A stretch of DNA of 63,916 bases, the filler included, from Hyphochytrium catenoides (lineage: Eukaryota > Protista > Hyphochytriomycota): NCBI GenBank assembly GCA_900088475.1. It is 13 parts of 13 records of this genome, joined end to end, with 100 filler letters (N's around TTAATTAATTAA, not from the genome) between each part and the next. Parts side by side here need not be neighbours in the genome. Positions count along the whole stretch, not along the records: positions 46,166 to 52,668 come from FLMG01003102.1; positions 52,769 to 54,070 come from FLMG01000271.1; positions 54,171 to 55,844 come from FLMG01003591.1; positions 55,945 to 59,896 come from FLMG01003592.1; positions 59,997 to 62,640 come from FLMG01003954.1; positions 62,741 to 63,916 come from FLMG01002446.1; 7 more parts are not named here. One strand, 5' to 3'. How positions within the stretch are numbered: position 1 is the stretch's first letter; each line of letters opens with the position of its first letter. Positions 51,146-62,835 of the stretch are shown here, piece after piece. The position numbers and the translations under genes were made by a program. The notes under the pieces were generated by a model. That model did no database searches, had not been told where the DNA came from, and worked only from the letters and a program-made list of their open reading frames with translations.

Positions 51146-52668
51146 ACTGTCAGGTGCGGCTCTGGCTATTTGACTGCTTGCTTCGCTCAGATGGTGGGCC
51201 CCAAGGGTAAAGTCTATGGCGTTGACTATCTTTCCGAGCTGGTGGAACTCTCGCGCGCCAACCTGGAGAAGAAGGATGGAGAGTTGCTCAAGGAAGGAAG
51301 AATAGAGCTGACAGGCGAGTCATCTCTCTTATCGTCTGTGACTTCTCTCTCTCTTTCTCTCTCCTCTCTGTGTCTATGGCTCTCCGTCTCTCTCTCTTCC
51401 TTTTTCTCTTCCGTCTCGCCCTCCTTTATACGTCCGTACTCTTTTTCTCTGTCTCTCTTTCTTGTTTCCTCCCTCCTGTCTTCTGTTCGTCTTCCTCTCT
51501 TGTTTTCCTTCTTCCCGACGTTCTCTTGCTATCATGTCTTCCTCTATCAAGTCTTCTCTCGCTCTGCCTTGTCTTTCTAATATTTTCTCTATCTCTCTCC
51601 CACCCTGAGTTTCCTGTTTTCTTCCTTCTCTTTTGTTTCTCCTTCCTCTCTCTTTCTCTTTCCATTCAATGGTCTCTCTCTCTTTCTCCCTCTCTGAAGA
51701 TCTGCTCTTCTCTCTCTCCTACAGTGGGCGATGGATGGCAAGGTGTGCCTGAGGCTGCTCCCTTCGACGCGATACATGTCGGGGCAGCAGCAGAGACGCT
51801 TCCGCAGAAACTCTTCTCTCAGGTTTTGCGTGGCTGTATCTGCAACCTCCATCTCTTTCTCTCTTTCCTATGCGTTGTCTCTTCTCTCTCATATGTCTCT
51901 TCTCATTCTCTCCATCTCTCTCTTCTTTCTTCATTCATTCTCGCTCGCTTTACCATCTCTCTCTTCCCTCATTCATCTTGGCACCTTTCTGGGGACTAAC
52001 ACTCTTGCCTTCTCCTACCCTGCTTTCTCTCTCTCTCTCTCTCTCTCCTATCTCTGTACCTGTCGGGCACCAGTTAAAGGAAGGTGGTCGTCTGTTTATC
52101 CCTCTGGGCGCTCAGTTCGGTGACCAAGCTCTCTTCCAGGTGGACAAGGTCAACGGGCAACCAGTGAAGACAAGACTGATGGACGTCAGGTAACCGCTCC
52201 TGTCTCTCCTTTGTTCTCTCTCTTTCTGTTGCAACTCTCTCTCTCTCTCTGCCTCTCTCTCTTTCTCTCTCTCTCTTTATGCGTGTCTCTGTTGCGAATG
52301 GATGCCTCTTGTTTAGAGCGTAGCGTTCCGGCTTCTGGGTATGAGTTGCAACTTCTTGCTCAATAGTGTTGGTTAGAGGAAGTCTTGCAGTTTTTGGTCT
52401 CTCTCTCTCTCTCTTCTTTCAGTGTTTCTCCCCTTTCTCAGCGCTACTCACAAGCTTGAGGATGTGTCTTCTCTTACTCTTGTTGACCGAGGATTCAGTT
52501 GGTAGCTAACCTTGTGGCATCCTTTGATGCCCTTCTCTTTCCTATCTCTCTCTTCTTTCTCTCTCTCTGTCTCGCTGTGCCTCTCTCTTTCTTGCCCCCA
52601 TTTTGCTGTCAATGTGCCTTCTCTCGGGTTGACTTTCTGATGCCCTGTGGCGCCAGATATGTTCCACT
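50198..52668 (+). CDS. PCMT1: Protein-L-isoaspartate O-methyltransferase; exons 50198-50252, 50516-50652, 50970-51034, 51154-51314, 51725-51822, 52074-52189, 52657- (truncated)
   Basis: [33 protein letters not shown]...ATISAPHM|HA, KVLDVG|[48 protein letters not shown]. Confidence 0.95.
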
Positions 52669-52976
52669 NNNNNNNNNNNNNNNNNNNNNNNNNNNNNNNN
52701 NNNNNNNNNNNNTTAATTAATTAANNNNNNNNNNNNNNNNNNNNNNNNNNNNNNNNNNNNNNNNNNNNATTCGTGCCTCAGCAATGTGGCAAAGGGGCGG
52801 TAGATGTCCACCCTCCTATCTTAACCCAGAAAGGATAAGCCAATTCCTTCGTAGGTTGTCCGAAGACCGGTAGTTACTTTCGGTATGTGGCCACAGTAAC
52901 TTGACGTTTGGGGTTGGGTTTGGCTGTCAGGACGAAGCCATGAAAAGTGGGGGGAAGGTGTAGAAGAAGGGACACA

Positions 52977-53036
<60 letters not shown>

Positions 53037-53408
53037 AGAGACTGAAAGACTGAGAGAGAGGATAATTTGCTACATCCAATCAGAAGACGAAGATTTTCTC
53101 CAGATTCCCGACGTAGCAGAGATGCAGGCCGCGCTAGGTCTCGACTAGAGTGAGAAGAATAGGTCATTCATTGCCGGCATAAGTTGCGCTCTGCAGGTGA
53201 TAAGATCTCTTGAGGAGGAGTGAGCGAGAACTAATGTAGGTAGGAGGAGATAGCTACTACACCGTCGGCAGCTAGGCAAGGCCCAAATCCACGCGAAGAA
53301 GCTCCGGCCCATTGGGCAACAAGTGCCTGAGCGGCGCTTCCCTCAAGGAAAAACTCCTTTAGCAGTGAGGTGGGACCTCTTTCTAGTCGAACCGAAAGAA
53401 GGATAGCT

Positions 53409-54070
53409 ATGATCCCAGATCAGCATCCAGTCGTCCAAGCCTTCTTAGGCACGCTTGTCACATGGGGCCTCACTGCCCTGGTATGTGCATCTAAAATTTT
53501 TGAGGATAGGAGTCTGCCTCTGACCCACTCAAACAAAGGGAGCCGGTCTTGTCTTTATCTTGGATATGGAGAACCAGGCACTCAATAGAAAGATCTTAGA
53601 TACGATGCTGGTAAGGTCTTACCACGATCAGTCGCCGTCTCAACCCACACATCTTCTGACTCCGGAGCTGCTTTCGTAGGGCTTTGCCTCAGGTGTCATG
53701 ATCGCAGCGTCCTTCTGGTCGCTCTTAGCTCCAGGTGAGTTGGAGATGGCGAAATCAGCTTACAAAACTTCGCACTCACACTATATGATTGTGATTCCTT
53801 CTGACCTACCATACTTAGCGATTGAGTTTGCTGAGAAGGATCCTCGTTACGGCGAGAATGGCGAATGGGCTTTCCTCCCGGCGGCGATAGGCTTCGCCTT
53901 GGGTGGCCTTGTCATGCAAGTGACTGAACAGCTACTGCCAGCTCTGGGGCTAGACGTCTCCACCGTCGAGTTTGCTGCGAACCATAAGAAGGACGATGAC
54001 TGGGAGGCTGAGACCAAGCAGCATGGAAGCAGTGGCCTAAGACAGCGGAAGAAGCATGAGAAGACAGAAA
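53409..54070 (+). CDS. SLC39A11: ZIP-family zinc transporter, GufA/ZIP11 subfamily, 5' part (4 exons)
   Basis: PVVQAFLGTLVTWGLTAL|GAGLVF...RKILDTML|GFASGVMIAASFWSLLAP|AIEFAE...AFLPAAIGFALGG. Confidence 0.92.
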
Positions 54071-54170
54071 NNNNNNNNNNNNNNNNNNNNNNNNNNNNNN
54101 NNNNNNNNNNNNNNTTAATTAATTAANNNNNNNNNNNNNNNNNNNNNNNNNNNNNNNNNNNNNNNNNNNN

Positions 54171-54494
54171 GAGAACACGAATGTATTGAGCTCTACGTGG
54201 TACAGAAGTTTGGAGTAATTTTTCAACTGCAAGACTATAACAAGATTCTTGTGCCATCATCGAAACATAATCTAAACGATCAAAATAAGGTAACGCTTGT
54301 AAATAAGTTTTGGATTCAATGAGTTTTTCAGTCCCTCTATGTAATAATCCAATGTGAGGATCCGCTCGTTTAACGACTTCCCCATTTAATTCTAACACAA
54401 GTCTTAAAACACCGTGTGCTGCTGGGTGCTGAGGACCAAAATTAATCGTAAAATTTTTGATTTTTCGTTGCATATTATGTTTTAAAAAGGACAT
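54171..54494 (-). CDS. nad7: Mitochondrial NADH dehydrogenase subunit 7, 5' part
   Basis: [31 protein letters not shown]...[37 protein letters not shown]-rich, intronless, with no targeting peptide. Confidence 0.97.
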
Positions 54495-54582
54495 GATTCA
54501 TTTTCAAGAAGAGGATCCGTTTCATTTTCGTTTCAAAAACACATGATCTTTACAAACAATTCGAACTCAAAAAGGATCAGTC

Positions 54583-54654
54583 ATGCGGGAGTAGGAATCG
54601 AACCTACGACGTTCAGATCATGAGCCTGTTGAGCTACCACTGCTCTATCCCACG
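54583..54654 (-). tRNA. trnM: Mitochondrial tRNA-Met(CAU), initiator-like
   Basis: Cloverleaf with acceptor CGTGGGA/TCCCGCA (C1:A72 mismatch), D-stem GAGC/GCTC, anticodon loop CT-CAT-GA and T-loop TTCGATT. Confidence 0.88.
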
Positions 54655-54661
54655 GAAAGAA

Positions 54662-54745
54662 TACCAGGGAAGGGACTCGAACCCTCAAAAACATTACTTT
54701 CTCAGTACCTAAAACTGATGCGTCAACCAATTGCGCCACCCTGGT
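54662..54745 (-). tRNA. trnL: Mitochondrial tRNA-Leu(UAG)
   Basis: Acceptor ACCAGGG/CCCTGGT, anticodon arm TCAGT-TT-TAG-GT-ACTGA, long variable arm, GGTTCGAGTCC. Confidence 0.92.
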
Positions 54746-54801
54746 GAAGTTTGGTGAACCACACGGTTTCACTCAAGAGTTCCATGAAAGTTTTTAAAGT
54801 T

Positions 54802-54881
54802 TACTCGCTATCGGACTCGAACCGATAACCCGAAGGAACAAATTTTAAGTCTGTAGTGTATACCAATTTCACCAAGCGAGT
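54802..54881 (-). tRNA. trnL: Mitochondrial tRNA-Leu(UAA)
   Basis: Acceptor ACTCGCT/AGCGAGT, anticodon arm ACAGA-CT-TAA-AA-TTTGT, variable arm CC-TTCG-GG, GGTTCGAGTCC. Confidence 0.92.
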
Positions 54882-54902
54882 TTCATGAAACAAAAAAAAA
54901 TG

Positions 54903-54974
54903 AGATTAGGGGCGGATTCGAACCGCCGTCAATTGCATTTGCAGTGCAATGCAAAACCTCTTTGCGACCTAATC
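54903..54974 (-). tRNA. trnC: Mitochondrial tRNA-Cys(GCA)
   Basis: Acceptor GATTAGG/CCTAATC, anticodon arm TTGCA-CT-GCA-AA-TGCAA, GGTTCGAATCC. Confidence 0.92.
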
Positions 54975-54999
54975 AGTGACAGTTATATAGTGATATCAT

Positions 55000-55740
55000 T
55001 TAGGAAGGTTTCGCACTTTTTTTGAAAACTGTTCGACGATAGGACGAAACAAGACAAAAAAGAAAACTTAAAAGTTCACAATAACAAAAAAACACGAAAA
55101 TAAAACAAATTGCGAAAAACCAATGAATTTCAAAAAATAAAAAATTGAAACAAAAAAGGAAAACATAGGCCCATGTTTTTTGTTTTAGGAAATGAAACCA
55201 AAAGGAAGGATAATGGAAACAAAAAAGAAAATAAAAGGGGGGGAAATAAATGAAAGTTAAAAACAAACAAATAAAAAAACCCTTTGTCTTTAAAAAAGAA
55301 AAAGGATCTAAAAACCATTTGAATTCAAAATCCAGTTGCGGATCATGGGATTGATAATAAAAGAGATCCTCAAAATAAAAAGGAAGATATAAATTGGCAA
55401 AAGTCAGACTAAGTTGTATCGAAAGACAAACAAAGACAATCCACACCAAGAAAAGAACATTTTCTTCAAAAAAAAGACTTGAAGATACAGAAAACAAAAT
55501 TATTGTTAAACAAAAAGGTAGTAAGTAATAAAGACTTGTATAATATGCAAAAACTTTAATGGATGCATAAGCCTCTGGTTGAAAAACCGTAAAACGCATT
55601 TGAGAAAATTTTTCTTGAAAGGAAAGCGTTTGCCCCTGATAAAGATATTCCCAAGAATCCAAACCACAAAAAAAAGTGAAAAAACAAGTCAAAAAAAAAT
55701 AAAAGCTTTTCCAAAAGAAAAAAGAAGAGGATGTTTTCAT
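55000..55740 (-). CDS. tatC: Mitochondrial TatC (twin-arginine translocase subunit; mttB/ymf16), divergent
   Basis: 246 aa with about 6 Phe-rich TM segments. RFTVFQPEAYASIKV...LLPF...SSLFFEE matches the TatC pattern FT...EAF..Y.K...P.....PGLY..E. It lies between mitochondrial tRNAs. Confidence 0.7.
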   Translation of the reverse strand: MKTSSSFFFWKSFYFFLTCFFTFFCGLDSWEYLYQGQTLSFQEKFSQMRFTVFQPEAYASIKVFAYYTSLYYLLPFCLTIILFSVSSSLFFEENVLFLVWIVFVCLSIQLSLTFANLYLPFYFEDLFYYQSHDPQLDFEFKWFLDPFSFLKTKGFFICLFLTFIYFPPFYFLFCFHYPSFWFHFLKQKTWAYVFLFCFNFLFFEIHWFFAICFIFVFFCYCELLSFLFCLVSSYRRTVFKKSAKPS

Positions 55741-55778
55741 AACAAAATTTCAAAATCATGGAAGTCAATCAAAAAGGA

Positions 55779-55844
55779 TAGTGGAGGAAGGACTCGAACC
55801 TCCGACCTACAGATGATGAGTCTGTCGAGCTACCAACTGCTCTA
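55779..55844 (-). tRNA. trnM: Mitochondrial tRNA-Met(CAU), second copy (5' end cut by contig edge)
   Basis: TAGAGCAGTTGGTAGCTCG-ACAGA-CT-CAT-CA-TCTGT-AGGTC-GGAGGTTCGAGTCCTTC-CTCCACT. Confidence 0.85.
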
Positions 55845-55944
55845 NNNNNNNNNNNNNNNNNNNNNNNNNNNNNNNNNNNNNNNNNNNNTTAATTAATTAA
55901 NNNNNNNNNNNNNNNNNNNNNNNNNNNNNNNNNNNNNNNNNNNN

Positions 55945-57736
55945 GCTAGAGCGTCTTCGTAGCAACCATGAGGACATTGAGACACACGAGCGCACAATTG
56001 TCGGGCTCCTAGAGCAGAAGCCACGGACGGTGAGCTCTAAGCATTGCTCACAAGCAACATCAACCCGCTTCTTGAAGCGGTGTACTTGCTTTCTACTAAC
56101 GACTTTCTTCGTTCTAAAGCATCGAGAGCAGATTCTTGTGGGCCATCGGGTCAGCAATTTGGTTGATAGCGTTGTCGAGCTTGGAGGCGAATGCGAAAAG
56201 ATTTTTGCGGATGAGGACAAGTACGATGTCATCCTAGCGTATAATGTCCGCGTCGAACTTTATTCTTTCCTCTCTGTCTTCGGCATCTTAGGCCAGGAAT
56301 TGTGTGCTGTCTAGCTCTGGCGCATCTCAATTGGACCCCATATTCTACCTCTACATCACGCGCCTATCTCTTCTGACCTAGATTTGTCCTCTTAACATCT
56401 GACGTACTCATCTCAACTTCCTTGGCTACCTTCCTTTCTCTCAGAATGTTCAAGGAGGAGTTATCCTCGATGCGTGGGCCGAATGTGTTCAGCAGCTTCT
56501 ATGAGAGGCTAAAGGAGCTCCGGGAGTACCATCGAAGATTTCCGGATATCCCGCCGCCACAGCCAGAGCCGGACATCACTAAGGAGATGAACCCAACTGT
56601 ACAGGTTGAAATATGTCTTGTGCTTCTCTCTCAGAGACCACGACCATTACTCTGTCTCCAAAAAGCCGTATCCTGGTCCTTCAGCAACTCTTGCTCCAAA
56701 GTGCCTTGCGTACAATCTTCTCGCGCTCTTGCGTTAAGTGCATACCTTTCGACTTGACGTCTGCGTTTTCCTGTTCCTGTGTCGTTTGGAGCGGAGGTCG
56801 GCTCCTTCCTTCTTCGCTCAGTGACCTGTCCGGACTAATGTCTCCTGCAGTTCTCAGGGGAGGAGATGTACGGCAAATACCTGGACCTACACGAGTTCTA
56901 CCATCAATATCAGAACCTGCCACAGCTTCACATCATGTAGGCATCACAGCCTTTTTACAGCTTCGCCCCGAACTCCCTTCTCCCCAACCCCTCCTTTTCA
57001 GTCGAGCACATTGTCTCCCTTTTCACGTGATTGGTCCTTCCACCTGCTTGCACCGTTAGTGGCCATCTGAAATAGCTGTGTTCGTCAGTCCAGAGTGGTC
57101 TTTACTTTGTCCTCCAACAGCCTAACCGTTGCACTTGTCCGTTCGTTTAGGTCTCGACATGAAGCGGAAGAGTTAGAGAAGCCTGAGGCTGGGAGCTATA
57201 TTAGCTATATATCTTACTTCTTCCAATTCGACAAGGTTCTGGAAACAAGCCTTCGTGTTTCGCCGCTCTCCCCTCACTCCCTCGCTTTCTTCTCGCTTAT
57301 CTCTCTTTTCATTCTCACGATTCGTCTGGGCAAAAGCCTGCGTCTTATGCTAAAAGAAGCCATTGAATATCTGTCATTCAATGTTCCTCCATAACTTCGT
57401 CCTCGGTGCCTCCTTAGCATTTAGCCTCACTATATTCTCGGTTAACGTCTTCGCTGCTCTGGGTCTCTTATATTTTGCCTCACTCTTTCTCCCTCTTGCT
57501 GGCAGGTCCCTCGGTCCAAGAAGACTCCTGACGTCCGGCAGCACATTCACCAGCTCTTTGAGTATATTCTCTCCTTCTACAAGCGAACCAACCCCCTCAC
57601 AGATGTGGAGGAATTATTGAAAGAGACGGAATCGAGCTTCGAGAAGGTGGCTCCTTTGGCCTTTGATCGCTTCTTTTGGCGGTTTTTTCTCTCATCTGGG
57701 CCTGCAAGTTTTGCTTTAAGGCTCTCTTACTCTTTT

Positions 57737-57768
<32 letters not shown>

Positions 57769-59576
57769 CGTTCCTCTTTGTTCCTAAATCTGCAAGTTCT
57801 CTATGCCTGTCTATCCTAGCCGTCATCCACCACCACCAGGAGAGACTTTAACTCCAGTGGCTCTTCTGTTCCAGCCCCCTTTCTCTGATTGTACTGCCTG
57901 CCATGGATACTACTGTCGTTCTGCACTGTTATCTCGTCACCCTTGCTGTTCCCAAATTGCTCTACTCAGCTTCACCTTCGCGCAGCCTCTTCTTTTGCTG
58001 ACGCTCTTTTCTCTCCCATTCTAATGGTGTCCTGTTTCATCCCCACCGGTCTACCGGCTCGGCGCTAAATCATCATGGAACTTGAACCCGGTAGGACTGG
58101 AAGGAGGGCAATGTGAGAGGTTGGCCTGGACTGGGGAAAGAGGAAGATGCCTCTGCCTTCGATTTGGAGTCCTTTTCTTCGGCAGACGAGCTTGAAAAAC
58201 TAGGGTTAGATAGGCTTAAGGAGCTCTTGACGGCGTTCGGCCTCAAGTGCGGGTAAGTCTGGCCAAAAAGTGGAAAAGGGTACTCTCTTTCGTCCCCTTT
58301 CTACCTGGTTTCTATGAGCCTCACGCACAAAGATTATTTACCTAGACGCCCACCTTTCAAATGATGGCGCCAAGCTACTGACTATTACGACGAAAACCTC
58401 AGTTTTGCGTTGGATTGCCTTCTCATCTTCCCACGTGGTTAACTCTTCTCCTCAATTTCTCATCTATTGACCTATAGTGGGTCGCTTCAAGAGCGCGCTA
58501 GTCGGTTATTCTCAATAAAGGGGCTGGACAGAGACCAGATCCCAAAAAAGATTAGAGCGAAAAGTGAGCTCGTTTGCTATCCAATCTATTCTGTCTTTCC
58601 TTCTATTCTAAGTCCCGTCTTCCCTGTCTGGATCTCGACGTCTTTTCCTACCGTTCTGTCTTACTACTTACCAGCCTTTCTCCCTTAACATGACACTCAT
58701 TTTCCTTTAAACGTGACCTGGTATCGTGCCATCCTCTCTCTCGCTCCTTCTCTTCAGCTTTCTCCCCCAAAATCTTCCGCGTCCGAGGGATGCAAACTCC
58801 TTCTCGTGTTAGCTGCTTTCTTCTCTTAACTACTTGACTTTACATTCTTCTACATCTGCCAAAGTAGCTCCGTAGTCTTTCAGCTTGCGACCAGTCTCCT
58901 TTGCACTATGATTACCGACCTGTAACTCGTACTAAAAACTCTTCTTCTTGCTCTCTTCTCTATAGACTTTGAAAGCATAGCTCCGAGCGCTAACGGCACC
59001 AAAGATGGGGATGTGGCTCCTACTTCTTCCTCCTCTTCCTTATCCGATCGGTCGGTGGCGCTGAAAGAGTACAAGCTCTACACTCTATGTGAGAAGCTCA
59101 GTCCTACGATTGAGGCAACTATCATACAGACACAGAAGAAGCAGACCAGAACTAGAGAGGAGATTGAGGTATGACGACCGGCAACGGAGACTAAATAAGA
59201 GAGAAAGAGAGAGAAGACACTGTGTGAAAGAAGAATGAGGCAAAAATTAGATGTGTTGGTGGAAGGGAACAGGTTAGAAAGAGCTCTTAAGCCTACTAAG
59301 GACCCAGCCGGGACGGGATTGGAGAATATGTTTCAAGTGCTAGAGGAGAAGAAGGAGAAAGCTCAACCATGAGCTCTTGATTTACCTCTTTCTCGGTTTA
59401 TTTTGCTTCTTTCTCCCCTCCCGCCACTGCAGGCCGAAATGTTGGAGGAAGAAGAAGGCGCCCTCGCTGATATCGACCTCATGGACGACGAGGAGGACGA
59501 TGACGTTCCTTTCTATAACCCGAAGAACCTCCCACTTGGATGGGATGGCAAGCCGATCCCCTACTGGCTCTATAAG
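55945..59576 (+). CDS. SF3A3: Splicing factor 3A subunit 3 (Prp9), multi-exon, both ends truncated
   Basis: [69 protein letters not shown]|[33 protein letters not shown]. Confidence 0.96.
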
Positions 59577-60524
59577 GTCCCAGTCTTGCACCTTCGGGCT
59601 CCTTCTCTCGCACTTTTTACTCCTGTTGTGCTCTTTTAAAATCTTCTGTACCTTTCGCTATGTACGGACTTGGGTCTTCCGCTGTGCTTCAGAAGTGCGC
59701 TGATATCTCCTTCCAAAGCGCTGCCTGACCGACGTCAGTGTCCTTGATATGTAGAGCTAGCCCTTAGCCCACATCCTCTCTCTCAGAACAACACATGAAT
59801 CCTTCTCCCCTGCCCTTGCCTGCGTTTGCCGATGCCTGTTATTCTGCTTTGTCCATTTCTTGCTATTCTCTCTTCACGTACTGGATGGTCTCTACCNNNN
59901 NNNNNNNNNNNNNNNNNNNNNNNNNNNNNNNNNNNNNNNNTTAATTAATTAANNNNNNNNNNNNNNNNNNNNNNNNNNNNNNNNNNNNNNNNNNNNTGCT
60001 TCTCCTTCTCTCTCTCGTTCTGCAGCTCCCCTCTCGTCCCCCGTACCGTCTGCTGTCTCCGTAGGTAGTGCTGGCGGTGCTAGGGCAGAGAAGGAGAAAG
60101 AGAAATAAGAGGATCTGAGAGACACGGGAAGAGGAGAGCATAATCGCTGACAAGAGACACATCTGTGCCTGTCGAAAAACTAAACGATAAATAACATAAG
60201 AGGAAGCCTTGATTCTTTTGCCTCTCTCTCTCTCCTTCCTTTCTGCCGCCATGCCTGCGCCTTCGTCCTGCTGTCGGGTCACTTCAAAGGAGGAGAAGCT
60301 GCGTCCTGCCGCCATCGTCATAGCAGCTTAGTCACAAGGGCTGAGAGACACAGAGATCTCTGAAGAGCAGAGAGACCAAGATCTCTGGAGCGAGACGCTT
60401 TATCTCCTTGAAGTATGCAGAAGTGCTCGAAGATAGAGAGAGGGACCAAAGGAACCTGGTGATAGAGGAAAGAGAGAAACAAGAGGCGAGAGAGACAAAG
60501 GGAACTGACAGAATTGCACTTCTT

Positions 60525-61072
60525 TTAGCCGCCTGAGCTCTTCGGGCCACGTCTACGGAGACCAAGACCTCCTTCTCGGAACGACGTAGCATCCGGGGAC
60601 GACGGCTCGTTCTCTGTCTCGCTCACTTTAATTTGGTTATGCTTTTCTTGATCAATCTCTTCGTCATCTTTCTTTCCGGTGGTCACTGGCAGTCCTTCCT
60701 CTCTTTTCTCAGTCATTTTGCGCGTTGAGAGACGTATGGGAAGAGTCTTCCTTCTCCTCACAAGAGGAGAGACTTTCTCCTGCCTAAGAATCTCGGTAAG
60801 TCGAAGTACTATCTCCGTTTTGATGGTGTTGGCCGCTTGTCGGCCGTGCGTTTGAGAGAGAAGAACGTGCGCCAGAAAGCGATGAGGTCCTTCCACGTCA
60901 TACCAGAGCCTGAAGGGCAAGTCCATTAACAGAATGGCACCAGGAGATCAGAAACGACAAAGGGACAATGAATTTCAAAGAAGACAGAAAAAAGATAGAT
61001 AGATAGAACGAGACAGAAGAGAGAGAGAGAGTGAACTTACTACAGAGAGTCTGCGAGGAAGAGAGATAGGAG

Positions 61073-61103
<31 letters not shown>

Positions 61104-62424
61104 AAAAAAAGGGTAGAGAAAACCGGAGAGCGGTGCAGGAACTTGTGAGCCACCTGGCGTTGGCCTTCTTAAGGATCTTTGTCCCTGCGCTGAGCTTCTC
61201 TTCGATCTCCCGCAAAACGAAGTCCAGTCGCCTCATCACCAACCTGCACCGATAAGAGAAAGTGGAAGAGGGGCAAACGAGAAGTTGATGGGGCAGAGAG
61301 GCCATCGAGGCTAGTTTGTCACTATGTTACATATAGAATGAAGAACGAGAAAAGAGAGAGTGATAGGGAGAAGGGAGAGAGATCGAGACGAAGGGAAGGC
61401 GGAGTACTCAGGAATGGCAGGTGTGGATCACAAAGAGCAGCAGTGAGGGAGGATATAGACACAAAGGGTCAGATCAAGAGCAGTAGAACGAGAAGGGCAA
61501 ACGAAGGGCGCTTATTACGAAGACGAGGAGGAAGAAGAGAGACAGAGGGAAAGACAGATGGGGGCACTCGAACAGAGATAGCAGGTAACAAAGAAGTAGA
61601 AGGTTATAGGACACCCCGCGAAACATGAGCTTTCCAGCCATTAGGAGCCTGTCCATGGTCCGTACCTAACCTTGGAGCTGGGTGTGGAGGGGTCCAAAGC
61701 CACCGGAAGAGTTAGACTGGCGAAAGAAGGTTGGGGGCAGACAAGCGCGAGGACATTAGGGAAGAGAAGGAAGAAGGACATAGCACTGACAAGCAACTAC
61801 TGCTTCATCGTGAAATGAGTAAGAGAAACACCAACCGAAGAGAGGAAGACATGGGTCAGAGGCAAAGGCTGTGCGGTGTACATCCTCAAGAAAGAAGCTG
61901 AATGAAAGGATAGTGCTGGGGAAGAATCACAAAGCCTTGAGAGCCGGACTCGGTTTCGAAAAAGGGCTTCGACACCTTATCAAAGGGTCTTCCTCCTCTA
62001 CTCTGTAAGGCTTGACCAGAAAAAGACCGTTGGGAAGGTGGACCTGCGCCTGGTCTGACCTTCGCAGCACCGTGTGACGGACGCTGAATGCCTCAATAAC
62101 ACCCTCGTGACCAGCCATTGCTATACAGAGAGAGACATTAAACAGAGCGAAGGTTAGAACAAGAGAGGTAACGGAAGCAGCGTTGGAGCGGAGGAAGAAA
62201 AGGTGAAGGAGGATGGGGAGTTTATTGGAACATTGAACAAAGGAGGAAGAGAGAGGTGAAAGACAGAAAGAGAGAGAGACAGAGAGAAAGAGACAGAGAG
62301 AGAGAGTCGCAGACAAAATGAGCAATGTACCTAAGATGGCTCCCTCTCTGATAGAGCTGGAGAAGAAGAGGACAAAGCCTCCAAAATTGTTGCACAAGAA
62401 GCCTCGTGCACCTAGAGTCAGACC
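60525..62424 (-). CDS. Hypothetical multi-exon protein, 3' part; weak resemblance to a cation-diffusion-facilitator C-terminal domain
   Basis: In-phase exons give ...DPSTPSSKVR|LVMRRLDFVLREIEEKL...KANA|RLWYDVEGPHRFLAHVLL...AANTIKTEIVLRL, followed by a charged tail. Upstream exon boundaries are uncertain. Confidence 0.45.
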
Positions 62425-62835
62425 TGAAAAATGTGTTACGGAGAAGGAAAGCACAGGACAAAAGTGAGAAGAGATAAGGGAAGATCGTCAACTTTCGACG
62501 AGAACAAGCAAAAGGCTTTGAGTCCCTTCGTCTCTTCTCTCCCTCTACCTACTTATTCTACAGCCTCTCTATGTAGCTTCGTTCTTTCGCAGTTCTCCTT
62601 GCGCCGCCAAAACCCAGGTCCTCTCTCTCTCTCTCTCTCTNNNNNNNNNNNNNNNNNNNNNNNNNNNNNNNNNNNNNNNNNNNNTTAATTAATTAANNNN
62701 NNNNNNNNNNNNNNNNNNNNNNNNNNNNNNNNNNNNNNNNCTCTGTTAGCGCGCCGGTTGGTACGTCGTGACCGGACTGCTCTCAACAAAGAGTATGTGA
62801 GCTTGTCCTACATTACTGCGTCGAATCGTATACCT

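Noticed and set aside
52769-59896. Mitochondrial genes apparently inserted between ZIP11 and SF3A3
   Set aside because: Both junctions are artificial spacers, so there is no evidence of physical linkage.
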